This document shows positions 48,401-61,262 of a stretch of DNA of 64,000 nucleotides, piece after piece; the stretch's first letter is position 1; each line of letters starts with the position of its first letter. The notes beneath the pieces are model-generated. The model saw only the letters and a list, made by a program, of their open reading frames with translations, was not told the origin of the DNA and ran no database searches. The stretch is from Diadema antillarum (lineage: Eukaryota), in assembly GCF_040938485.1 (NCBI RefSeq), contig NW_027272433.1, positions 1-64,000 on the forward strand, written 5' to 3'. Both the position numbers and the translations under genes were made by a program.

Positions 48401-48952
48401 GACTTATGGCTTTGTTCCATTTTGGTCCTGCATAAAGAAATAATAATAATAATAATGATAATGATAGCTAGTTTTTATACAGCGCTTTATAGACTATTAT
48501 TACCCATGTCACTGGATACATCATTTCCTACCAGCACTGACAAGTTGCACTACATTATCTCAGCTTTCAAGAGATATGGACTTCAACATATCATTCACAG
48601 CTAGCATTTCATTTAGCTCCAAGCTAAAAGCTTCCGTATCTACACTCCACATTCTGAAAAATTTTAAGTTTTAGTGCACAGACTTGCAAAAACTTTGCCA
48701 ACTGCAGAGCACTCTCTGAGATAACCAATTTGTTAGGGCAATAAAGTCTACAGCATTAAAAACGGAAATTCTTGAAGTACATATGTACATGTACCATGCT
48801 TTGTCAAAGCCTAATGGTGCATGTAACAATGCTGGACTCTACCCAGGTCAAATCTGTTCACTCCCAACTGATCATCCCATTTACTGACAATGAAAGACCA
48901 GGAAGTCCCAGAATGTGTGTTATTGTGTGTATGACTGATTGATTGATTGATT

Positions 48953-48991
<39 letters not shown>

Positions 48992-49064
48992 TGTGCAATA
49001 TGTAATTACAAAAAAAAAAATAGAAAAAATCCTCAGAATGCAATGTGCTTTGTGTGATAAAATC

Positions 49065-49444
49065 TTAAAGGGACTGTACAGTACTGGTTGATGTGAAAAT
49101 TCACCTTTTAACATTTTGGGAGATATTGAGAAACCACTCTATGAGATGTCAAAGACCATTCAATTCTAAGGGAAATTGAAGGTTTATGTGATGAAATGAC
49201 TGAGATATCCTAAAACAAGGTGAAACTAGGAGATCCTAATAAAAGTTGTGGCCTGTCGCATTTTATTATTATCGCTTTTTTTTTATATCTCAGCCATTTG
49301 AAAACCAATTTTCATCAAATAAACGTTGAATCCTTCTTGAAATTACATGCTCTTTCATATTTCATAAGAGGTTTCTCATTATCTCACCAAAAAATGTTAT
49401 AAACCTGAATCCTCACCTCAACCAGTACTGTACAGTCCCTTTAA
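49065..49444. mobile_element. Kolobok/T2-type MITE, family A, copy 4
   Basis: TTAAAGGGACTGTACAGTACTGGTTGA ... TCAACCAGTACTGTACAGTCCCTTTAA, near-perfect TIR. Confidence 0.88.
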
Positions 49445-50189
49445 AGCTGAGGATCAGCCAGTTTTGCTGAATGTCAAGCTTAAAGGAAGGAAAATGTGAG
49501 TATACCCTGTTTAGAGAACCAGACCACAAGGAATATTCTCTTTGTTGTTGTTTTTTTATGGAAAACATCAATATTGAGTCTGTACTCAATATTCAAATCA
49601 ATATTCATATCATCAGTGATAAAGAATATCTTACTCAGCACATTGCATTCACAAGAATGAAAAAAAAATCTTTTCTGGCAGTGAACCACAATCATCACAA
49701 AATGAAAATAATAATACACTGAATACTATGATCTCAATGCATCTTAAATAATACAGTTAATTCTGAAGACATAGACACAGTAACACCACTCCCATGTGTG
49801 TTTGGGATTAAGGTTCTCAGTAATAACTGTGATATCAAAATCACATACATGTACTGTCATTTGCTCATGTAGCCGAGCTAATGAATGGGGCACAATGAAA
49901 ATATGGTGGCTTATACAACATTTAACTGCAAACATTCACAGGAATATATTATGTTTTCAAGTGAGGTTAAGAAATATTAAGTAGATCATGAAAATACTGA
50001 TTGATACAGGCATTCTCCTGTAAGCTTAAGTAGAAGATATATAGATTGCTATTGCAAGGTGAGCTTGGGCAATTTTATTTTATAGGAATGCAATATAGTC
50101 AACAATATTTTTGTGCCAATACACTCTGTAATGATGCATGCAAACAAAACAATGTACACAAGTCATTATTTGAGTCACTCATCACTCCC

Positions 50190-50807
50190 AAAGGGGAATT
50201 CCAAACCATTTAGAAGTTAGTCTGAAAACTAAGTAAAAGTACAGTTTTACAAGCACGACTGTGAAAATTTGATTGTACTTGGATTGCCAGTAACAAAGTT
50301 GTAGAATTTTAAAGATTCTGTAATTTCTTTAAAACAGTTCTCAAACAGATGATATGAATATGCAAATGAGTGCACTAACAATACCATCACTTCCTAATTT
50401 TCCACTGATTGTGAATTTAAAAAAAAAAATGATGAGAATTCAATTCTTCTGCTATGAAAGTGCACAACACAATGTTATTCCCAGCTGAATATCTTCATAA
50501 TAATGATCAGTCTGATAAACAAGCATTTAAGACTGTGGCATGTGTTTGAACAAACAAACTTGAAATTTCATGATTTTATGTCCACACGATATGGCAAGTT
50601 GTGAGGCCATGACATCATCAACTCACTATTGCATATTCATGTTGACTGTTCACAAACTGTTTTGTGAAAATTAGCAAAACTTCTCAAGTACATAACTTCC
50701 CTAATGTCTATCTAATTTTGATTGAATTTTCACTGTTGTGCTTGTAAAAACTGTACTCTTTCTGTTCAGACGAACTTCAAAGTGTAGTGTCTCAAATTCT
50801 CCTTTGA
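50190..50807. mobile_element. Degenerate Kolobok-like MITE
   Basis: aaaggggaatt...aagttagtctgaa versus ttcagacgaactt...aattctccttt. Confidence 0.55.
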
Positions 50808-52422
50808 GGAACAAAAGAGTCATATGAGAGAATGTTGAAAAAGAGAAAGCTGTAGTCAACATCACTCAACCTTTCTTTTGACGTTTCAAAACGACAATAC
50901 TCTGGGCAGCTGTAAATAAAAACCGAAGTAGAAAAATAAAGACATCTTCTTATTCATGGTATCGCCTAGAACTACAATGTACTTTTTAACTTGTGCAGAA
51001 AAATACAGGTATTTGAAATAAATGTACTGAATTGAGATACACGGGAGAAATTCATTTTAATCTTGATTGTCTATCATATGGAAAATGAAAAAAAATGAGT
51101 TGATCAGAAATTGATATGGGAGAAAGTGAGATGCTCCCTTTGGTAAGGAGGGAGGCTAACCATATTTTAAATGTGTGACACATGCTTTATTGGTGATGGT
51201 TGCAAATTTATCAATTAAACTTTGTACATGTAATAACCTGGAGAGCAAGTCATGGATCCGTGCTTCTCTGTGTTTTTCAACAAGAGGCCAATTTTGGCTC
51301 CTACAAAAAACTTTTTAGGCCCAGTTAGATTGAATACAAATCTTTTCTATTTTATTTTTGGTCATTATTGCGGCCCATGGAGTGAGAAGCATGGTCATAG
51401 ATGATTCCCACTGTAATACATGGGCTTATGGGTCAAAGCCTGTAAAACTCCCGGGAAACAAAAACAAAGCAAAACAAAACAAACCCAAAGAAACCTAATC
51501 ATTTACTTCATCACACTATGACCTCACATAGTTTCCTAATATTCTCCTTCAGGACTGTTTATTGCTCTGGGGTAAATTCTTAGTCTGGTGATTCAAATTT
51601 GTTAGCTCCATTCACTTGTCGCACAAAATTTGTATGTGTCGCCAGATGTAAAGATCCAAAATCCAAATTAAGTTTGAAATGATATCAAATCAAAATACTG
51701 GTGAGTGTTGTTTTTATCCCCCACTTGTCTCAGGGAACACCTCCCTTGAGCATCATGACAAGTATGTGGACACATACTCTAAAGGGGGAAGGGGAAATCA
51801 TTCAAGAACCAAATCTCATCTGGAATGAAGTTGGAGCATGCATTTGTGGATTTAAAAAAAATAAGCAACTGGCAATCTCACTCACTTTACACAAACAAAC
51901 TTATTAGCTACTGTGGCTGTGTCTTTGGAGAACATGTTTCCTGTTAAGTTCAGTAATATTGTTTATTCAGGGCTGACAGGAAAATCATATTTCTCTAAAA
52001 CACAGGTATTTTCATTTTCTTTAATAATCCTTTAAAAGAGATTTCAGGCAAAAAGGTGTGGATTGATACTTGGTTAAAAATACTAAAGAGGGGCATTACC
52101 CTGTAATCTTACACTCTATAGAAATCTGTGATATCTTACAAAATATCTTAAATACGGAAAGCTTTGAGAACCCTTGAACAGTTATGAAAGGCATCATCAC
52201 ACACACTGATCCCTCTACTCCCCAACCTTGAAACATTATTATTATTTTACATAAATTTAATCCTTTACTATTTCCACATGCGCCATCTATGCTCTAAATC
52301 CGGGAGGCAACTTAATGTGAAACCACAAACCCTGACATATATCTTCTCGATCCATGACCCCATATATATGGCCTCCTGATCTAACATACAATATTTCAAT
52401 TGTCGTACGGTAAGGGTGTACA

Positions 52423-52620
52423 TCATAACTCATCTTGAGACTTTGACTTCTTGGAAGTTTTGCTGAATACCCAGAAAGAAGATGGCTTCCCGGCGGCGTC
52501 TCGCTCTCGCTTGGCGAAAGCGGAGAAAGTCGAGATGCAATTACAGATGTAGTGGTCAGACTTGGCCAATATTGCAAGGTCCATGTGCGGATTAGCTGGC
52601 TTGTTCTGTATTACTTTGAC
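52423..52620 (-). CDS. POFUT1: POFUT1 terminal coding exon
   Basis: [65 protein letters not shown] then TGA. Confidence 0.95.
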   Translation of the reverse strand, partial: VKVIQNKPANPHMDLAILAKSDHYICNCISTFSAFAKRERDAAGKPSSFWVFSKTSKKSKSQDEL

Positions 52621-55600
52621 CTGAAATATTTCAGAAAAACAAAGGAGAAAAAGAAAATACATGTATTACATCTGCAGAGAAATTAATGTCCTTGAGGAGT
52701 GGATAATATATTACTAATCAACACTATGAAGGACAAGTTGTGTAGAGATCACTATTAAATATTTGCAATTCTATTTTCTTGAGATACATGTGAGATCACA
52801 AGACAACAATTCTCAAAGACTAATAATACAAATGATGCTATCATAATGGTCAAACCATCATACCAGACAGTCTCATGCCTGACAGAACCCCCCCCCCCAT
52901 TAATTATAAATCTCAAAATAAAATGGGATTCCATCCCATTTTCTTTGCTCATTTTTCCACTGATAAATTATATTCATTTCTGGTCAGTTTTCTTCTCTTT
53001 GCATTTGTTACATATAAAGGAGTTTATTAGAGGAAAAATGAGCAAAGAAAATGGGATATAAAGGTGTTGGTAACTCTTTTTTCAGAAAAAATTTATTTTC
53101 TATAGTTCATTTCAAACGTCCTAGTAGAAAAAGACATGACAACAAGGAATATGAGGGCAAACACCAAGCACACACCAAGAAGACTACACTGAAACTATGT
53201 GACTTTTCTAGGAGACCCTTGGGGACCAGCATCACCTTTTTAGGCAGGGCTGCCTGCAGCTCCTTTATATTTGGGTCGACGTCGGATGCCACAAACACCG
53301 CCGTGGCCTTAACCTTCTTCACAGCATCCTTGATCTGCTTGATGACCACTTTCCGCGGAGGCATGCAGAGGTCGTCGGTGACCTCGCCGAATTCATTGTT
53401 AGGGCCGAGGCACTGGGGCGAGGCAAACATTTGCCGCGAGCTTGAAGCATGCTTACATGCATTGACCTGTATGGTGTATTAAAGTGATGATGTACATTTA
53501 TTGTAGAGTATTTTGGCAGGGTGGGCATTCTGTTATATTTCATATAATGTGATACACAAGCGCTAAATGTGAAATGAACTTCTGCTCTTACTGGTAATGT
53601 GATGACAGTCAGCCTTATTAATAGCAAGGAAAATTTCACATTTAAAATGCAATATGACTATCTAGCTTTTTGTGGCAGTATACTAATAAAGACACTGAAG
53701 CATGTACAATACAACTCTTTTCAAGAATATGAAGTGTTAAAATTAGAACTTTATCATTCCCTTTGGAAGATTATGTTTGGCTATCAATTTGTAATTACAA
53801 TACGCTGTAGGTAGTACTAAATTAGAATGCGGTGTCTGGCCGACATGTGAACAATCTTTATTAGGCATGGCACAAAATTAAAGTATCGCTTTTGGCTCTC
53901 CTGTGCAAGCAACCGAGGTGATGGTCTGTTTGAATCTTTCAATCACAGAAATTAATGACATTGCATCATTCGGTTGTAACACAGCTAAAGACCAAATTCT
54001 GACTCTGGTGTGAACGAGCAGTGAAAGAAGGCCAGCTCTTACCCAGTCTGAACCAATCCTCATGTGGATGCCGACAAAAGGGCCAGAAGAAAGATGCTCC
54101 CGGATGAAGGCATCCACCTTCTCCTCCACCTGGTCTGACCAGTGCAGGAAGCGGTGAAGAGGGCGGTTTGCCTCGGTGACCGGAAAAGAGGCAGGAGCCC
54201 CAGACATGGCCAGCACGGGGTACTCCGACACTGGAAATCTGACAAGAGATGAAGTACAAATGTATAACCATTTCTGTGCCAGGGACTTCGGACAGTGCAT
54301 ACAATGCTATGGACTCTTCTGTGCCAATCGGCACTCGAAACAAACAAAGGGTTAATGACCGAGTGATGCAATTACTTGAGAATCCAGGTGAAGCTTTGTC
54401 ATTACTTTATACAATGATATTTTGGGCTTTGTAACTGGTTGAATATGGGGTCATGCGGCTTTAAATAAGTTATGCACTGTGCATCTTTGCTTCCATGATT
54501 TAAAAAACATCTCAGAACTCTGAGGAGATGTAACAGTACTTGCTTGGAATCTATTTTTTCTTTTTTTTTTCAAATGCTAACTATTACCACAGCAACTGGA
54601 AAGAAAGTGATTCCAATCATCGGTTTCGTGAAAGCAGCTACTTTTCTCAGAGACTCCATAATGGATTTTTAAAGATATCTCAAGACAATTATGAAGGTAT
54701 AAAATATCAAGCATTATTTACATTTGATTGCAATTAATATAGAATTATATTCTGAATCACACCAAGTTCAAGTTGCATGTCAAAAGTATGTTTTACATAT
54801 CATCACAAACTTATAACAACAAGAGTATCATTATTTAAGCTGTGTAGTGATAATGCTAAGGAAGACAAGACAGCTGTCTATGCCAACATATTAACTTTGC
54901 TGAAGTAGAAGAAAATTTGAAAAAAAAAAGTAGCAAAGAATTGTTTTACAAAAAGAAATTGTGTTTTACAAAAAGAAATTGTATGATGAATGAAAAAACA
55001 TATTACACTAAACTCATATGTTGAGTACACTGGCAATTCATGTCCTCAGCAGATTATCTTCTTCCATGTCGCCTGAAAAGTTCATATCTCAATTAAATAT
55101 CACAGATTATGAACTTTGCCAAACCTCTCGCTACCAAAGAAGCATTAAGCATTAATCCCCAGCACATATGTCACTTAAGCTCTTACTTTTATGAAAAGCC
55201 TGGCCAATTTGGTATGGAGGGCCATACTTTATGCTTCTTTCTCCAAACAACCGATGTGATAACACTGTAAATAACAGTGGTATTGCCAGATAACAATGCA
55301 GCAATCTTACCGCATTAATTTGATGATGACAGTAATATTCATAAAACTATCATTACCTGAACATTGAATACTACTATTACTACTGATAATCATAATAATA
55401 CCCATTTCTCAGACTTGGGTAAAGAGGGATATTTGTGGGTAAAATGTTGTGTCCCAGGATTAGTGCACTGGGCAGGATATGAACATTCGGTTTAAAGATA
55501 CAGAACCTTGTTTTGTAAAGATATTGGTACCGCCATATGTGGGGCACTGAGTGTGACACCTTACCTCTTTTCCCATGCTGCTCGTACTGCCGGTAAATGT

Positions 55601-58113
55601 GTGTTGTATGAGAGAGGTCCAAACTCCTCATAGTTGTCAAAGTCGACGTTTATGTTGTCCCAAAAGGGACCAAAAGGATTGCCCTCCTTCATCTTACAGT
55701 CTTTACCATCACGGTATCTGTAGCAAAAGCCTGGAAGTGGGCATCAAATGAATAAAAATTAAAAATGAATAAATGAAAAAGATAAACAGTGACAAAATAT
55801 AGTAGGGCCTTATGGGACTTGTCTTTAAAGTGAAATACAGCAAGAACTGGACTGTAGACAAGCAAAAATAAAAAGCACCTGCAAAAATGAATGAGAATCA
55901 GTAAGGAGAGCTGCACTTGCAGTAAAATGGAAAATAGATTGAGACAGAGTCCGACTTGAACCATTACAACATGCTTCAATTATTTAATCACTGGTGTGGA
56001 CAGTTCAAGGTGTGGGATGCTGCATGCAATTCCTGACACTTTACATAGTTTTCCCTTGGGGTTGAAAAGATATTTTGAATCAAAGTTCCACAGGTTGATA
56101 AGTGGATGACCAGTGTAAATCAAAACTTATATCTAAATGCCAATATCATGGCAATTCATGTATCGGTAATCTTACTAGTGATGTGACGTACATCACGTTC
56201 CCTCTCACCTGTTCGCTTCCCTTTGGGCCATAGCGTTGGTGCCAGCTCCTTCATGAATGTCTCCATGGTGATGACCCGATGGTACTCCCTGAGGGGCTCC
56301 ACTTTGAAGTAGTCATCAAATGGGATTTGAACCTACGGATCACCACAACACAAGTAGTGAAGCCTAGGGCCATCTATATTGGGGGGGTCCACAGGCTGTT
56401 CAGGACAACTTTAATTCACACATTTGTTTGTGTAAATATGTCATATTAGTCACAATGTGAAGGAAATGAACATTCATGCAATGCATCCATGGCTTGTATC
56501 CTCGGCTCAAAGTGATACGAACTAATGTCAACTTTGCTTTACTAGCACTATAGGTTCTCATCTAGGAGGATTCCCTCATATCAGTGTTGAGATATGTTGC
56601 ATTGGGTACAGAATAGTTGGGTTGATGATCATTGTTACATCAGCTTGGTGTAAATTGTGATCCGTGCCACAGTCCAAGAGCATCTGTTTACAACTGCCAC
56701 TTTGCACATTGAGAAAACTAGCCAAATATATTAGAATCTAATGCCATGTCTGACATCAAATCTTCCTATAAAAGAGGTCGATACTTCATTGTATTTTGAA
56801 GGGCGTTACATGACATGCTCACATGAAAAACAATCCAAGTTAATTATGTAAAAAGAAACAAACAGAAAATGCATGAAGTGGTCAATTACTTACTGAGCCT
56901 CTGATGTGACCAGGGTATTCCACCCACGGTGGCAAAATCAAGGTTCTGTCTAGGCCATGGGCAAATGAGAGAGCTCCGAGAAAATGGTCCGCCTGATTCC
57001 CAAAACGACCTGGCAAAGAAAATCAAGCAGCAAGAAAAATTAATGAAGAGATCAACATTGTTTGGTAACTGAACATCACATAAGTTACAGCTAATCCAGT
57101 TGAAGACTGCACATAATGTACACAAGAATGGAAAGTACTTAAGTTCAAACTCAATTATCATTGAATCATTTTTTTTTTTTTGGGGGGGGGGAGGGGGTTA
57201 AGTAAAGATATAGTTAAGAATTCCACAGCTAAAATATATTTACAAACTATTCTGCTACACATGGGAATGGTTTACAGATATTTTTTTTTCACGACCCTCA
57301 ATTAAATAATGCTCTGCTATTCCATCACACATAACTAAAACTTGGCTCCAACGAAGACGAACTGTCAATCGCAGCATTGTGTATTATTACATATCTGCTG
57401 TAAAGTCTAAACTATAGGCCTGTGCCCCGTTGCCACATAAAAGTTACTATTGTGGTAACTTTGCCATCTAATGGTAACTACCATGGTAACAATACTCAAC
57501 AGCCAATCAAAATCAAGAATTCCATGCTAGTTACCATTGGATGGCAAAGTTACCACAATAGTAGCTTTTATGCAACGGGGCCCAGATGGGGTTGGTCAAA
57601 AGTTGTAGATGGGGTTGGCCAAAAGTTGTAGATGAAACACACAGTTTTTAAAAATATTCAAATAATTTTCAATGTGTTGTTAATGTAAAAAGATGTGAAA
57701 AAGTTCCTACCATAAAAAACATTTGGTGAAATGGTATGTAGAACATTTTAAAGAGATTAATGTGGTGACACTTCATGGGCCTTTTTGGTGATGTATGAAT
57801 CATTGATATATTATCATTCCTAGGACAGCAAGATTTGCTTCTTTCCTCTAAAATATTATATTGGAGCTTTTAATGCACATGTGGTGAAAATTCTTACGAA
57901 GTGGCTAGCTTCCTAAGCAGTGGGCGTGCATACCCTAATAAAGACCTCCAAATCCCATTCTTACTTCTTACTGGCCTATTACTTACCCATACATGGGCAA
58001 TATGTTACATAACCATGCGGGTCAATTTTGTCCACTGTGTTTGAGGCTTGACTGTAGGCTAGCAGTGATGATGCGAGCAGGAGTACAAATCCCTTCACAC
58101 AATTCTCAGCCAT
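52423..58113 (-). CDS. POFUT1: GDP-fucose protein O-fucosyltransferase 1, 385 aa, 7 coding exons
   Basis: Exons 58113-57987, 57009-56894, 56332-56209, 55730-55565, 54238-54043, 53466-53236, 52620-52423 (1158 nt, phases 1,0,1,2,0,0). Signal peptide, then [68 protein letters not shown]; C-terminal KDEL-like QDEL. Confidence 0.97.
53236..53466 (-). CDS. POFUT1: POFUT1 coding exon 6
   Basis: [21 protein letters not shown]...[22 protein letters not shown]; acag| and |gtgatg. Confidence 0.95.
54043..54238 (-). CDS. POFUT1: POFUT1 coding exon 5
   Basis: [20 protein letters not shown]...[14 protein letters not shown]; tcag| and |gtaaga. Confidence 0.95.
55565..55730 (-). CDS. POFUT1: POFUT1 coding exon 4
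   Basis: [54 protein letters not shown]; ccag| and |gtaagg. Confidence 0.95.
56209..56332 (-). CDS. POFUT1: POFUT1 coding exon 3
   Basis: [41 protein letters not shown]; gtag| and |gtgaga. Confidence 0.95.
56894..57009 (-). CDS. POFUT1: POFUT1 coding exon 2
   Basis: [38 protein letters not shown]; ccag| and |gtaagt. Confidence 0.95.
57423..57583. mobile_element. Small palindromic Harbinger-like MITE related to 3471-3630
   Basis: gccccgttgc..ataaaag.tactattgtggtaactttgccatc and its inverted counterpart ending tgcaacggggccc. Confidence 0.72.
57987..58113 (-). CDS. POFUT1: POFUT1 coding exon 1 (signal peptide)
   Basis: [43 protein letters not shown]|gtaagt; acceptor ggaacag| 19 nt upstream of the ATG (exon starts at 58132). 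Confidence 0.92.
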
Positions 58114-59429
58114 CGCTATGATGTGATACCACCTGTTCCAAGTTAAAAGAACACACAAGGCCACTACACCGTCATTAAATGAAGAGTTTAAATGAAAAAA
58201 AACAACAACTAAAAAACTGATGTATCTATCTTCAACTTGAGATATTTGAGACTGAAGCTGCTAAAAAAGAAAATACTAACTAAAACATGTGATTTAACTT
58301 AAATCTTGATAAAAAATAGATCTACTGTATTTCTTGTTATGTGTTGTGAGGAAATATATTTTCCTCTATTTCATATGATCCTACTTGAAAAAAAAGGAAA
58401 TTATTTCTTTTTTCATTCAAACTGTTCACATACTCCAGTTTGTATAGAACTTTACCTTTGTTGTAAACTGACATTTTCAACAATGTTCATGCAGTCCCAA
58501 CCAAATTATGAAAACATATGAAAATATGCAACAATATTTTTAGAATGGACACCACACACAAATTTCCTAGATGCAGTACCTAGTCTGTGTCTGGGTCTTC
58601 TTCTTTTTTCTTTTTCTTTTTTTTTGGGGGGGGGGGGGGGGACAAAACAGGATACACAACAACTAAAATAAGGACCTTAAGGTCTTTCTAAAAATGCATC
58701 TTGTAGTTGTGGATACACACATTCTGACATCAATGTTCATGTTCCCACTCGCTAGAGATCTATTCTCTGAACGTTAACAAAACTGAGTGATTATACTTAG
58801 ACAGTGTCTATTGACTAGACACTTGACAGTATAGATCTAAATAGGTAAATTTGTTAGATGGATTTTTATTAGCACTGCACATGCAGTAATGTCGTTTAGT
58901 ACCACAATTATTCGATTATTTGGGTACTTATGTCTGCAACTACTTGAGCCTCTTGACGGCTAAATGCACCTTAGACCTCCCCGGATGTGACTTGAATTAT
59001 CAGATCAACTGAGCTTAGTAAGTACTCACAAAATGTAATATTGTGTGTGGTCGCTACACTATCATGGGTGATAAAGAAGTACATGTAACATAGAAACTGG
59101 TGCGTCGGACTAAGGCGGGATTGCTGCTACGTGTATTCCACGGTGAATGATTTCTTCCTCTCGGGTGATCCCTGAGATAAACGATAACCACTTCGCAAAG
59201 TACAATTACAAGCTACATCCTTGAATATGAAACGCAGAAGAAGAAGAGAATGGGAGGTACATGGAGCTAGATAAGGAGGAGTCGAAGAAGCGTACCTGGT
59301 AAGGCAGGGTTGGCAGTGTTCTGTAGCCTGTAGGAGCTAGGAGTGCCAAGGTCAGCGCACGTGATGAAGGAACGAGACCGAGCTAGCCAACAGGTACGGC
59401 GCCAGCGCAGAGCAAGCGGCGGCCAGCTA

Positions 59430-59540
59430 GCCCGGAGCTTTGGCTGCAGCTGCTACCTAGATCGCCAGTGCAGTGCAGTGCAGTGTCACGTCAGGCTGGC
59501 TGTTCTCATAGGCTTAGCGTCCGTGCACCGGAAGAGGCTG
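59430..59540. promoter_or_regulatory. Candidate shared (bidirectional) promoter of POFUT1 and HDHD3
   Basis: CpG-rich island between divergent genes; TCACGTCA at 59486-59493 (TGACGTGA on the - strand, CRE/UPRE-like); ETS-type CCGGAAG at 59528-59534; (CAGTG)4. Confidence 0.55.
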
Positions 59541-60217
59541 GGGAGACAGGTTTTAGATCGAAAAGCTGTCGGCGTGATCATTTAGAACGCAGTTCAAGGA
59601 ATGTTTGAACGTAGATGATGATTCGTTTGCCCTACTATCTAGGCCTCGCCGCCGCATTGCTCACCCACAGTTACACGCAGCTGGTTCCACGTACAGTAAC
59701 CACCGGATGACCACGGCGGCTACGGTGCGCATCATTATAGGACGTGGATGGATGAAATGAGGACCGACCATTGTTATTTCCTGTCGACGTGACATACGTG
59801 TCTTCCAAAGAGGTAGATCTACTTGGCGAGAGCTGCTCAGCCACTCCTTTTTCTTCATCTGTGATTTCCACAAAGACTAACCATTCGTCTACGAAAATTA
59901 CCTTAGGCTTTTGCATCACCAAGTAGAATCTAGTTTGAATCGGCGCCGTGGAATTTACACAGATATGCCCTTTGGCTTTTATAGAAGTGATTGAAGCAGG
60001 ACCTGGCTATCTCTGAAGGAAGAACTTGACAAGAAGAGAAGGATAAGAGAGAGAAGAAGAATACATCTGCCACTGATGATGCATTTGCGTATTCAAGTAC
60101 GTATCGTAGTGCATCATTCATAATCATAAGTGAGATACCATGCCACTTTATCTTTATTTCTGTTTCTTAAGTTCAAGATTAACACACACTACCGGTATAG
60201 AAGGTTGCACTAACTTG

Positions 60218-60378
60218 CAGTGGCAGATCCAGTGCCGTGGGGGGCGCACTGGGTGCGCCCCCCTCTTTATTTTTTTGTTAAAACAAAAGAAATATAAAGA
60301 AAAAAATGGGGGTGCGTGCACCCCCTTTAATTTTGGAAAGACACCTCCCCTTTTACAGAATTCCTGGATCTGCCCCTG
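60218..60378. mobile_element. Inverted copy of the MITE at 1378-1541
   Basis: CAGTGGCAGATCCAG ... CTGGATCTGCCCCTG with the same internal GGGCGC/CCCCC layout. Confidence 0.78.
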
Positions 60379-61262
60379 GTTGTGTACATGAATATCAATG
60401 AATGTGATGTAGAACGTACTACGGTACTTGGAGTACTCCAGTAAGTTGAGCCTCTCGACTGGCAAGTTTGTGGCAATTAAATGCTGTACATGTGTACCGG
60501 TAGTTGGTCCATTGTATGGAATATACCATAGGCCTACCATGTAGACCCTACCCTTTGACTTTCCTGGAACAATTAGTTATGGAGGAAGATAACATATATC
60601 AGTCTTACCACGATACTTTACTTTTCTGCAATGATGGTGAAGGCCAGAGCCTGTTCATCAGTCAGGATTGCTTTTAATTGTTCTCTCCAGCTCCCCCAAT
60701 GAAAGTTGCTGATATTATCACTAACAAGTTAATTAAAAGTTTTTGTCAAAAATACTTCATATGTATGATGGCAATATGGATGCAGTTAATTTAAGCAATC
60801 CAGATCAGCTGAAATGTGAGTGAAATCAGGAAATGTAAATATGTGTAATCCTTGAGAGTTATGCAGTTTCGACTTTGCTTGGTAGACGTCCTCTTCATAA
60901 TGCTGCTAAAATGCAAGGATACTAATGGTAACTGGTATAGGCATCATGAGATAACTGATCCATTTCAAATTTGAAGAAAATCATGTTTAGTCATGCGCAT
61001 TGTCACAGTGATCAACATTTCTGTGGATAATTCCAAGCGGACAAATTGTCTTTTCTCAACTTTGTTGGATCTGATTGCTCTAGAATGTGATGTATCACTT
61101 TGATATTGCCAACTTCATCACAATCAACTTTCTTTTCATAATTTTCCTCCGAATGCAGGTACCCAGCATGCAAAGTAACTAGACCTGGCATTGCACAACA
61201 CTTCCTGCTGTGTTGGACAAGGACCCGGGGACGTAGCGTTCCAGACGAATAGAGTCCCAAAA

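Noticed and set aside
52395-52425. Stop-codon readthrough or selenocysteine at the POFUT1 TGA
   Set aside because: Context is TGA-TGT rather than TGA-CTA, QDEL is a proper C-terminal ER signal, and no SECIS was seen
61191-61262. N-terminal extension of HDHD3 shown in the ORF track
   Set aside because: Begins at TTG, and an in-frame TAA at 61176-61178 closes the frame upstream; homology starts at ATG 61263
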